Part shown: piece after piece, positions 1 through 11,107 of the stretch
How positions within the stretch are numbered: the first letter of the stretch is position 1
Layout of the letters: each line of letters starts with the position of its first letter
NCBI RefSeq assembly: GCF_036365525.1
Contig: NC_090398.1
Coordinates: 65,332,369 to 65,396,368 of the forward strand
Length of the DNA stretch: 64,000 bases
From: Heterodontus francisci
Taxonomy: Eukaryota
Reading direction: 5' to 3'
Program-made: the position numbers and the translations under genes
The notes under the pieces: model-generated
Databases searched by the model: none
What the model was told of the DNA's origin: nothing
The model's input: the letters and a program-made list of their open reading frames with translations, nothing else

Positions 1-1
1 G

Positions 2-75
2 AAACACAGAGAGGCAGCAGGAGCCGGGAGCTGACAGCAGGTTGTCTCCGCCTCCGTCCGCTCACTGCCTTTAAG
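2..75 (+). promoter_or_regulatory. H1 promoter: H1/AC box AAACACA and TATA-like TTTAA
   Basis: AAACACA at 2-8, CCTTTAAG near 68-75; same arrangement at 42626-42699. Confidence 0.65.
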
Positions 76-153
76 TTGCTCAGTGCCGCCACCACCAGCT
101 TCATTTCTGACCCAGTTCCTACTGACAGAGAGAATTTGTGCAGAGTCCTGGAC

Positions 154-842
154 ATGACCGAGACAGCAGCCGGCGAAACGGCTCCTCCAGCCGCCGCCGC
201 TGAAGTCAAGACTCCCAAGAAGAAGAAATCGGCTCCCCGGAACAATTCAGCCGGTCCCACGTTGAGCGAGAAGATCCTCAAGATTGTGGCGGATTGCTCC
301 GATCGCAGGGGGACCTCACTGCCCTCCATAAAGAAGCCTCTGGGTAGGAGCGGTGTGGATGTGGGGAGGTTCAGGACCCAAATCAAGCAAAGTATCAGGA
401 GGAATGTGAACAAAGGCTCCCTGGTGCAGAACAGCGGTACGGGCGCCTCCGGCTCCTTGAGAATCCCTAAGCAGGGAACCAAGGGAAATGTGGGAAAGAA
501 AGTGAAGTCAGGAGCAGCCAAAAAACCTTCAGTGAAGAAAACAGCTGGCAAGAAAGTGACAGCAAAGAAATCAGCAGCCAAGAAATTACCAGTCAAGAAA
601 CTAGCAGACAAGAAATCGGCAGCGAAGAAAGCAGCAGGCAAGAAAGTGACCAGCAAGAAGGCGGCAACGCCAAAGAAATCCCCAGCGAAGAAAGCAGCGC
701 TTCCGAAAAAGCCTCCTGTGAAGAAGGCCAAAAAACCAAGAGTGCCACGGGCGGAAAGGCACTCAAGAAAGTTCAATCATCAAGCGGCAAGACCAAACCG
801 AAAGCAGCAAAGGCTCAGAAAGCAGCCCCTGGAAAGAAGTGA
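154..842 (+). pseudogene. H1: Histone H1 (replication-dependent), frameshifted near the C-terminus
   Basis: MTETAAGETAPP N-terminus, globular domain GSLVQNSGTGASGSL, Lys/Ala-rich tail. One C is missing near 737 relative to the paralogue at 43330, so the ancestral TGA (840-842) is out of frame and the ORF runs through the stem-loop to 936. Confidence 0.85.
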
Positions 843-878
843 AACTGCACGGGAAACTTGTAGACATCTGAACCCAAG

Positions 879-919
879 GGCTCTTTTCAGAGCCACCCAC
901 ATCTCTCAGGAAAGAGCTG
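879..919 (+). terminator. Histone 3' stem-loop plus U7-binding downstream element (HDE)
   Basis: GGCTCTTTTCAGAGCC (879-894) followed by ACCCA, then AAAGAGCTG (911-919). Confidence 0.95.
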
Positions 920-1436
920 ATCCCCCGATCAAATGATCCCTGTCCCGCCGCCGTGTGCACATTTCACATCGAAATGATGGGAAGTAAATGCAGGATCCCT
1001 GGTGACTCACTGACATACACTACACTCAGCCCTTCCCCCACTCTCTGTAACTAAACAGAGGGATGTCCCGGCCTCACTGTAACTGGGGATATGTTCGGTA
1101 CAGTCTCAGTTCATGCTCGTTTCACTAATTCAGAGTGTGAGGGTCTAACACAGGAAACTGGCGAGAAATCCCGCGTCACAACTCAAACCCCAATACATGA
1201 GTTTCTCTAATTCAGCTGGGGTAAGGTGTTAGTAAAATACTCAATCCGTCTGGGAGGGGAGGTGTGTGGAAACGGGTTGACTTGTGATCGGAAGCACTGT
1301 ACTGAGGCGGATATATGATCAACTTTTAATTGTTATAGATCCTTATTTAAAAGCTCCGGGTTTCTGTTATCTTTGACTAGAAAGGCCGCGTCTGGAAGTT
1401 TTGTGCTGAGCTCTGTTGTTGAGCAATGTTTTTTTT

Positions 1437-1572
1437 TTGAATTGGCGGTTCGAGCAAGTGGGAGGCGGAGCTGGAGGATGAAAGACATTTCTCAGCTCTG
1501 TCTGTCACTCAGTTTCCTCTCCGCCCCGCCTCTGTCCCTTTTTCAGTCAGGTCCGGGCGGGCTGTATAAAAA
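1437..1572 (+). promoter_or_regulatory. H4 promoter: TTTGAA/TTGGCGG, GC boxes, H4 site-II-like TCAGGTCCG, TATA
   Basis: CCGCCCCGCC 1521-1530, TCAGGTCCG 1547-1555, TATAAA 1565-1570. Confidence 0.7.
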
Positions 1573-1627
1573 AGGCAGCAGAAACAGCTCGTTTCTCATT
1601 CAGCAGTGATTTGACTGAAGAAGCGTC

Positions 1628-1977
<350 letters not shown>

Positions 1978-2325
1978 TAAGAGCCACCCAAAGACTCACA
2001 GAGAGAGCAGTGACATTGGAATTGGAATTAATAAGATCAAGTTATCTGCATATTGTTTATCTTTATCAACAACGGCTTTTATACATCATTACAGTCTCTC
2101 ATTATATTTACATATCACAGCAATTTCACTGTCTTTTTTTGTTCATTGTTTATCAAACGCATCATGAATTAAACGGTTGCATTTGATAATTTATACGTGA
2201 GGGTCTGAACTGCCGGCACGAAGCGGGATTTACTGCCGTTATAGTTAGTAATGACTGGCGCTTTATTCCCGCCAGAGACCATTATTCAAACTGTGTTGTA
2301 AGACACAGAGGGGGATCTAGGACTT

Positions 2326-2460
2326 TAGAATTAGAATTAGAACATTACAGCCCTCGATGTTGCGCCGACCTGTGAAACCTAATTCTAATTCTAATCTAAT
2401 CTACACCATCTGACCTACACTATTCCATTTTCATCCATATGTCTATCCAATGACCACTTG
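2326..2460 (-). mobile_element. Very short CR1 LINE 3' end
   Basis: Reverse complement matches the 3' end of the CR1 at 63790-63905, including a (TTCTAA)n tail; absent from the paralogous spacer near 44895. Confidence 0.8.
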
Positions 2461-2738
2461 ACCAATGACTAACAAATAAAGCTACAGGGAGTGAGATTTT
2501 ATAATTGTTCCCGTTATATTAGGTGTCGTTTCAAAAAAAATCTTTGCCTTGTTTGCTAATCTGAGATTGGCGGCCTTTTTGAAATTGATTAAATTTCAGT
2601 TTCAGTTGCAGTTCAACCAATCAGGGTCCAGCATTTCCCGCCGCCCTTTTCCTTCCCAGAGCTGGTTTCAAACTTGACTGATGGACGGGGCTGCATCTAA
2701 TCACAACACTAGGGCGGTCCCTCTACTGTCTTAAATAG

Positions 2739-3206
<468 letters not shown>

Positions 3207-3494
3207 ACTCACCCTGCCCCGAACTGAGTTTGGCATCAAATAACACAACGGCTCTTTTAAGAGACACCAAATCGGCAAAACAAAGATCTGCGATCTCTGC
3301 AGCAGAGAAATGTGGTCTAGAGCAGCGAAACCAATGTGCACAGATCATTTTATTGGAGGGGCGAGCAGTTTAGGACTAAATAAAAGCTTTATTTGCCGAT
3401 CATTGTGTAAAAGCTTTCGTTTGTATATGCGGTAGAATTGCTAAAATCCCTGACAAATATCACAAGAGGGGAGCCGCTAAATGCCCGAATCCAG

Positions 3495-3844
3495 TACGGA
3501 GAAGGCTGAGGGAAGATCTGATTGAAAATTACAACATTTTGGCGGGCCTGGAGAGAGCGGAGCTGAAGAGTCTTAGCAGAGAGGTCAGTGACAATGGGGC
3601 ATATGTTTAAAGTGATTGGTAGAAAAATTAGAGGGAAAACGAGGATTTTATTTTCACCCAGAGGGTGGTGGGGGGTCTGCAACACACTGCCTGAAAGGGT
3701 AGTTGAGGCAGAGACCCCGAACTTATTGAAAAGGAATCTGGATATGCATCTCAAGTGCTGTAATCTGCAGGGCGATGGACTGAATGCTGGAAGGTGGGAT
3801 TAGAATAGGTGGGTCGTTTTTCGGCCTGCACCGACACGATGGGC
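3495..3844 (+). mobile_element. CR1 LINE 3' fragment between H3 and H2A
   Basis: AGAAGGCTGAGGGAAGATCTGATTGAAA and FSPRG..VCNTLPERVVEAE are CR1 C-terminal motifs; paralogue at 45865-46230. Confidence 0.8.
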
Positions 3845-3874
3845 TTTACCACCAGTCTTCCCTCTTCCAGACAT
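3845..3874 (-). pseudogene. H2A: H2A 5' stub (about 10 codons; remainder deleted)
   Basis: Reverse complement reads ATGTCTGGAAGAGGGAAGACTGGTGGTAAA ([10 protein letters not shown]); the H2A promoter (TATA ~3934, CCAAT ~3971) is retained. Confidence 0.85.
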
Positions 3875-4810
3875 TTCCACAATCTGACAAACACTTTCAG
3901 GAAGACTGCTGAGAAAAGCCCACAATAGTCCCATTTATACCTTCGGGAGGAATGGTGTCGGGGGCACTGGTGATTGGTCACTCTGCACTGGGTGTCATTG
4001 AACTCTTCATTTGACCAATCAGAGAGCTGCCAATCCGGAGACGCCAAGGATATGAGGGCGGAAAATAACGGCGCGAAATTGTCAGACTGCAAACGATTTC
4101 TCAAATTTGAAAAGCCCGCCAATATATTTGTAAAATACAGAGCGGCTTCAATATAGATCATCACATTTATAGGTAACTTGGTTTGACCGCAAATATTTTA
4201 AAATCTTTTTCATATTGTATTATTCCACATGTGGTAACAATTTCCAGATTCACTTTCACATTCCGCCATCTATTCGGGTTCACTCTCTATCCTTTTTGAA
4301 ACATTCTATAACCAGCGGACAGAAAGCCTCTTTCACAGCATTCTGTAACCATTTCAGCTCAATGTTCCTAATGATACCGCATCACTGACTATAGATTGAT
4401 CCCTATTGGTGAGAGACAACAGCGGAGTGTATAATTTTAGTGTCAGGTGTCAAAGAGTGAGACTGAGGGTTCCCACACCACCGGGGTTTCTAGATAATGT
4501 GCTGATTACTTACTGAGGACAAACTTTGATCTCGGGATATGAGTGACTGAGAAATGATGCTTGTGCATTAAATCAGATTTTATTATCGAAATACAGCAGA
4601 GGGGCCGAATATGAACGCGTCCGTGAACAAAGCTCACAAATGGTCAGTAATTAATGATCGGGACATTATTAAGTAGAGACAGGAAGATCGCACGGGCAGT
4701 GAAACTGTATTAACCAGAATCTGTGGGATTAAAACAGAGATCACAAAGGCAGTTAGAAAATACTTGCTAAAAATATCAAAACAAATTGATATTATAGAGA
4801 TTAATGTTGT

Positions 4811-4990
4811 AGCTTTTTGAGAGACGTTGTGGGTGGCTCTTAAAGTTCGGAACTCGCATTTTATACACATCCCCAGAGCTCCATGTTAATGAAGGATGGG
4901 TGAAAACCATGTTCGTGATTGGCTGGTTTACAGTGAAGTCAATTCTTGAGATTCTGTATTTATCTGATTGGGTATCTAAAGTAACCAATC
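4811..4990 (-). pseudogene. Empty histone (probably H2B) locus: promoter fused to half stem-loop and HDE
   Basis: Minus strand reads CCAATC, CTTCATTAACAT (octamer-like), TATAAAA, then TTTAAGAGCCACCCAC and AAAAAGCT with no coding sequence; repeated at 47689-47870. Confidence 0.65.
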
Positions 4991-5193
4991 AAATTTAGTG
5001 CTCCGCGAAGCCACAATATTTCGCCGCAGTCAGCTCATCCATTGCTTTTGCCTGTCACCTATCCACCGATATCCCTGACTTTCTCACTCCCTCTGCTACT
5101 CTCTCTTCAACTGTTTCAGTTCTGTTGGCACCAGCCCGTCACCTTTTTCATTCTGCCCGGATCATTACTCCTCACGTCAGCTTACTCACAGAA

Positions 5194-5277
5194 GACAAGG
5201 TGGCCGAGTGATTAAAACGATGAACAGCTAATCTGTTGTGATCTGCATGCGTGTGTTTGAATTCCATACTCCTTGTT
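5194..5277 (+). pseudogene. tRNA-Ser(GCT) pseudogene
   Basis: GACAAGGTGGCCGAGTGATTAA..GCTAATC..GTTTGAATTCC aligns to vertebrate tRNA-Ser(GCT) with many stem mismatches. Confidence 0.8.
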
Positions 5278-5384
5278 TCTTAATGTTTAAAATAAGAGCA
5301 CGGGCTTCGTGTTCCATTCGAGTGCACTGTTTCTTTCTAAACAAGACATACGGATGTGTAAAATAAACACGGTGACGGGGTTGT

Positions 5385-5920
5385 AGTGGAGTATTGCATC
5401 CACTTCTGGTTATTTGAGGGTACAGAGGAGATTTATCAGAATGTGTGAAGTAGAGATGGGTTTGTTCTCCATTGGATCAACAACATTGAAACAGTTGAAG
5501 AGACAGTAGTAGAGGGAGTCAGAATGTCAGAGATATTAGTGGATAGGTGACAGGCAAGATCTGTGGACGAGCTGACTGAAAGGAGATTTACAACAAGTGT
5601 GAAACATCATGACAAGTGAGACAAGGAAAAACACTTCCCATTAGCTCAATGTACAAGGACACAGTGACAAAAATTGAGAATTTTGGTAGGAGAATTGGGG
5701 CGAACACGGTGTGTGTGGTGATGATCTGGAACTCACTTCCCACAAGGGTGCTGGAAGTAGAGACAATCAATTATTCAAGAGATTATTGACACAGCATTTG
5801 AAGGAATTAAACTTGCAGAGCTACAGGGATCGAGCGGTGGAGTGAGTGTGACTGGATTGCATTGTGGAGAGCTGTCATGGACTCGATGGGCCAAATAGCC
5901 TCCTTCGGTGCTGTAAATAA
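5385..5920 (+). mobile_element. Degenerate CR1 3' fragment
   Basis: GGAGTATTGCATCCACTTCTGG, GAGGGTACAGAGGAGATTTA, and 3' end GATGGGCCAAATAGCCTCCTTCGGTGCTGTA; paralogue 48265-48800, partial copy 6470-6840. Confidence 0.7.
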
Positions 5921-7499
5921 CTCTATGTTTACTATTAGTTTCTGACTGAAAACTGATCAGTTTAGAGGCTATTTTAAATCTATATTTATTCAAAAAATGA
6001 TAAATTTCCGGGAGACGTACATGGATGATGAGAATCATTTTATAAATTGCATTGACTTGTTCTGTTTTAAAACTGTTTTTTTTTATATTTTGTCTGTGTG
6101 CAGCTTGTACTCTGTCCCCGTCAGTTCCTGGTCTGTGAGTGTGAGTTTACCTCTTTATCTTTCATTCTCTGTTTTATAAGTGTGGGTCCAATCTTTACCC
6201 AGAGCGCTGTTTGTGAACTGAACTTTACCTATTTCCCTTTTTATGATTGTTCAACAAAGATCTGGACTCTTGTTGCTGACTGAGAACTCATTTTTTAGTT
6301 TAAAGGACATGTCTTGTTTAACATAAATTTCATTCAAAGAAAATCGAAGCTCAGCATTGTGGGAGATGCACATGAATGATGAGAGTCTATTTGTAAGTTT
6401 TAATTTGGAAATCACATTGAAAATTTTTAAGTTATAAAATGAAGCTGCATGATACCGGAATTGAGGTCTACAGTTAAAGAGACAGTAGCAGAGGGAGTCA
6501 GAAAGTCAGGGATATTGGTGGATAGGTGACATCAAGATCAATGGACGAGCTGACTGAAGGGACATTGACAACAAGTGTGAAACATCATGACAAGTGAGAC
6601 AAGGAAAAACAGTTCCCATTAGCTCATTGTACAAGGACATAGTGACAGAAATTGAGGATTTGGGGCAGGAGATGTCTGGCGAACACGGACTGAGTGGTGA
6701 TGATCTGGAACTTACTTCCCATAAGGGAGCTGGAAGTAGAGACAATCAATTACTTCAAGAGATTATTGACACAGCGTTTGAAGGTATTAAACGTGCAGAG
6801 CTACAGGGATCGAGCGGTGGAGTGAGTGTGACTGGACTCACCGGACACACAAACACAGTGACAATAGAGCCCGTCCCAGAGTTCCAGCTCCCGGTTGTTA
6901 AATGTCCTCATGTACACAGTCTTTGCTGTGAATCTCTGGGGTTAGTTGCCGATTCCTTGCCTTGTATCCCTTAAACACTCGGAGCCAGGAGATCATCGCT
7001 CTCCCTTTTGAAAGATTTATTGACAGGAATTTTTCGAAACTTTGGCTGAGTCGATCATAACCTGCTGTTCAATCATAGTATTATTCAAAGAATTAATGAG
7101 ACATTCTGTTCACTACTTGGGTCTTGAACTCGTTTTGAGCAGATCAACAAGTGAAAGGTTCAACATTTTTGCAGAGATAACAGACAGAGCTGGATAGAGG
7201 GACTCAGGGTTAATCCTGCACACACAGGACAGTAGGAGTGACAGTCACACAGGGACGGGAACTGATCTCGATTCCGTTGCCTACTCACCCAACAAGGACA
7301 GTTCGGGACTGACTAAACATCCAACTCACTATAATTCAGTGCCGGAGAAAGACAGAGGCTTGCCCACTCCATCTTTCCTTACTGTATCTGGGACATTATG
7401 TAAGGGAAAGTGTTCCAGTGCCTCTCACTCGCAGACAGCAACTGACATGTGTTGAGACAGTCAGTGTTAGTCTTTCACTTACCATGAACAGGCGCCTCA

Positions 7500-7710
7500 C
7501 CAAGAACCTGTAAATCCAATATCCCGAAGCAGCTGTTCTACTCAGAACTTGGTCAAGGTAGGAGAACCCCAGGAGGACAGTGGAAACACTTAAGAGATGT
7601 CCTCAAATTATCCCTCATTTGGGAAGACATTGTACACTTCAGGGATATTTGTCAGGAACATGCAAAGGTGAACTCGAGGCAGCGAAGGGAGCACCCAAAC
7701 CTCCGATGCA
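7500..7710 (+). mobile_element. RTE-clade LINE 3' fragment
   Basis: Translates IPKQLFYSELGQGRRTPGGQWKHLRDVLK; inverted paralogue at ~14160-14360. Confidence 0.65.
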
Positions 7711-8720
7711 GTCATTTACCTGATCCTTCCAGCACCACCTGTCCCTGATATGACAGAGTCTGCAGATCATGCATTGGACTTATCAGCCATTTCAGAACCC
7801 ATAAAACTGGAGTGGAAAAAAGTCATCCCTGATCGCGAGGGACTGTCTGAGATGGCAGAGAATAAATAAGCCAATATAATGATCAGCAATAATAATGAAC
7901 TGGATAGGGAGGAGATCGAGAGCAGGGCGATAGAATAGGGAGGGGAAGTGGCCTGTGACGTTTATATAATGTAACACATTGACAGAGATCCTGTTCTATT
8001 TGGGTAAATACTTATTCAAGATAGAAAAATGTGAACTAGTCTCTCGCTGACATATTGTACCAGAGCCAACCACTCTATTATTTCCAAACTCAAAACAGGG
8101 CCAGATTATGAACAAATACTGTATTTCTCACTGAACCACTTTTACCTGTTGGACTCTCTGCAGATTCGCAGGACAAGGATGGTTGAATCTACACACATTA
8201 CAGATGGTACCCGATTCTTTCCATTTTAGCAAGGATCCTAAAGGTTACATTCTTGCTGATGCCAGAACATTTTTTTCTTTAATTCTGCCTTCATCTCATC
8301 TCTCTGCCTGCAAGGAGTGCTGGTGTCTCTCCCATTGTTCTCACACAAAGGTTTAAACAAAGTATAGACTTGAAAACACATTTCATAATAAAGCAAGCAA
8401 CAGATCAAACAGACTTCAATATATTGACGTACAAAGCATATCATTCGTCCGATTACTTTCGCTTTCCTTATTTTTTACAAACGTAAAATTTGTCACGGTC
8501 CATCGCCCCCACATTGTGGATTCTTCTCCAGCTACATGACTTGCCTTTTTTTCCTATGGCTACGTGCATCTTCCACACTGACACATTTCTCAACATGACA
8601 TTTTGACGTAGTTCAGTGAAGATGACCGTCATGCTTGACAATCCGACCTTGACATTGCGGTTCTTGCATAAATGTAAGCTATGTAAATGCTCTAAACTTT
8701 ACACAGCGGTGAGCAGTGTT

Positions 8721-9040
8721 CAGTGGTGCAGTGGTTAGCCTCACAGCTCCAGTGACCTGAGTTCAATTCTGGGCACTGCCTGTGTGTAGTTTGCAAGGTC
8801 TCCCTGTGTTTGCGTGGGTTCCATCCGGATGCTCCAGTTTCCACCCACATGCCAAAGACTTGCAGGTAGATAGGTAAATTGGCCATTAGCCAATGTGTAG
8901 GTAGGGAAATATAGGACAGGTGGGGATGTGATAGGAATATGGGATTAGTGTCGCATTAGTATAAATGGGTGGTTGATGGTCGGCACAGTCTCGGTGGGCC
9001 GAAGGGCCTGTTTCAGTGGTGTATCTCTAAACTAAACTAA
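8721..9040 (+). mobile_element. tRNA-derived V-SINE (HE1-like)
   Basis: tRNA-like head, conserved core, CR1-like tail GGGCCGAAGGGCCTGTTTCAG and (CTAAA)n; absent from the inverted paralogue near 11660. Confidence 0.85.
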
Positions 9041-9575
9041 AATCTGGTGTCTTGGACAGAAACTATCAGTTGATCTATCAAAGTCTCTTGGTGTTATGCT
9101 CCTAGCCATGCTTACAACACAACTATTCTTTTCTTCTTGAAAAGCTTGGATAGATGGCTCTGGATTGTGTATCTCAGTAAGTGGTTGTTCTCCTTCCGGC
9201 AATGTGGATTGAGGGGAAATTTGATACAGGTGTACGTAATTTAGACAAGGAGAACCTGTTCCCATTAGTTGATGGTGCAAGAACTAGGAGAGAGAGAAAA
9301 TTGGTTTTGGGGAAGAGATGCAGGGGAATGTTGTTTTACCTGCTGCAACTGTCTGTCCACAAGTGTGGTGGAAGCAGAGACAATCAATGATTTCAATAGG
9401 AAACTGGAGAAACACTTGAAGGAAACAAACTTGCTGCAGAGCGACGTCGAACAAGCAGGAGAATGAATCTGATTAGATGATGAGAATATTTTATCAACTT
9501 CAATTCTGTAATAGCTTTGACAATTTTTTCCTTTGTAAAATACTGCAACATAAAGATGACCTGCGATTGGACATT

Positions 9576-9675
9576 GCGGTGACCAAGCACAACAGCTCCT
9601 TGCAGATCACCACAATGTACAAAAATAAAGCACCAAGCACATCGGCTCTTTTAAGATCCACTGACAGCCTCTCAG
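9576..9675 (+). pseudogene. H2B: Histone H2B 3' remnant
   Basis: GCGGTGACCAAGCACAACAGCTCC = AVTKHNSS (cf. H2B AVTKYTSS), followed by the degenerate stem-loop GGCTCTTTTAAGATCC (9644-9659). Confidence 0.7.
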
Positions 9676-9832
9676 AAAGAATCGATTTACTGCAGTTATT
9701 TGAATACCAACTGCTCACATTTCAGCTGAAGGTAACTTCGAGATCTCCGACAAGACCGTTCATGGATCAGTTCGATCATTGCGTCACTTTTTAATTCCCT
9801 GCCTTAAAATAAATACCGGCCAACGATCTGTA

Positions 9833-10259
9833 TTGTACCTGTCAGTTCCTGGTATGTGAATGTTGATTTGACTCTGTACCTATCACTTCCTGGTATGTGA
9901 ATGTAGATTTTACTCCGTACCTGTCAGTTTCTGGTATGTGAATGTTGATTTTACTCTGTATCTGTCAGTTCCTGGGATGTGAATGTTGATTTTACTCTGT
10001 ACCTGTCAGTTTTTGGTATGTGAATGTTGATTTTACTCTGTACCTGTCAGTTCCTGGTATGTGAATGTTGATTTTACTCTGTACCTGTCAGCTTTTGGTA
10101 TGTGAATGTTGATTTTACTCTGTATCTGTCAGTTCCTGGGATGTGAATGTTGATTTTACTCTGTAACTGTCAGTTCCTGGTCTGTGAATGTTGATTTTAC
10201 TCTGTATCTGTCAGTTCCTGGTTTGTGAATGTTGATTTTACTCTGCATCTGTCAGTTTC
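9833..10259. repeat. 41-bp minisatellite, about 10 copies
   Basis: Unit CTGTACCTGTCAGTTCCTGGTATGTGAATGTTGATTTTACT; GTGAATG recurs at 9856, 9897, 9938 and onward. Confidence 0.95.
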
Positions 10260-10747
10260 AGCAATGAGAGGGGTCAACAGAAGATCGTTAGCTCTTAGAA
10301 GGAGAAGGTAGAACACAATCAAGAAAACACAGAAAAGGAAGAAGATGGAGAGAAGTCCGTGCCACAGCAAGCACAGAAACAAGAACGGATGTTGTGTGTT
10401 ACTGAATATCTATTACCATTGTTAAGTATTAACTTTGTGCATCTTAGTTAAGCCTAATAAACTCTCTGACTTGGTCACATAACTTGAGTTTGTACCTTGT
10501 AGGTCTATCTTGGTCAGGAATCTAAAGGTGAGATGGGTTGGGTATTCTCTGTCTCACCTCTGTTCAGGTAACATCTACCTGAAACTTCCAGCTCTTTACT
10601 ATATGCATACATTGCTATGTATTTTGTCCTCCTCAAACTTCGAAAATGTGGGCCCGATAAAAACATTGTTCTCCGTACAGTTTTCTGCGTCACCCCACTG
10701 CATAGTTGTGCCCAGGAAGCAAAAAGGATCAGTTCACGACGAAATTC

Positions 10748-10942
10748 TAAAATAAAAGCAAAATACTGCGGATGCTGGAAATCTGAAATAAAAACAAGAA
10801 ATGCTGGAAATACTCAGCAGTTCTGGCAGCATCTGTGGAGAGAGAAGCAGAGTTAACGTTTCAGGTGAGTGACCTTTGATCAGAATATTTGCAGCACTTT
10901 CTGTTTTTATTTCACATTTCCAGCATTCACAGTATTGTCTTT
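10748..10942. mobile_element. Penelope-like terminal repeat fragment in inverted arrangement
   Basis: AAAGCAAAATACTGCGGATGCTGGAAATCTGAAAT...GCAGAGTTAACGTTTCAGGT followed by an inverted partial copy. Family members at 12832-13075, 33838-34040, 38488-38606, 55388-55470, 55998-56240 and 56762-56962. Confidence 0.6.
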
Positions 10943-11035
10943 TTATTAACGGAAACGTATTGCTCAGGGACAAGTTAAAATGATTGCAAAGCGTTCTGTT
11001 AATCACACCGACGCCCGAAGCAGACAGTATCGTAA

Positions 11036-11107
11036 GCGATGGTGGAATAGCGGTGAGCACAGCTGCCTTCCAAGCGTTTGACTTGTGTTCGATTCCCGGA
11101 CGTCGCA
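11036..11107 (+). pseudogene. tRNA-Gly(TCC), probably a pseudogene
   Basis: 72 nt GCGATGGTGGAATAGCGGTGAGCACAGCTGCCTTCCAAGCG..GTTCGATTCCCGGACGTCGCA; A and B boxes present, but anticodon and T stems are mismatched. Confidence 0.8.

Noticed and set aside
76-936. 286-aa H1 with a novel C-terminus
   Set aside because: Product of a non-ATG upstream start plus a 1-bp deletion; the extension crosses the stem-loop.
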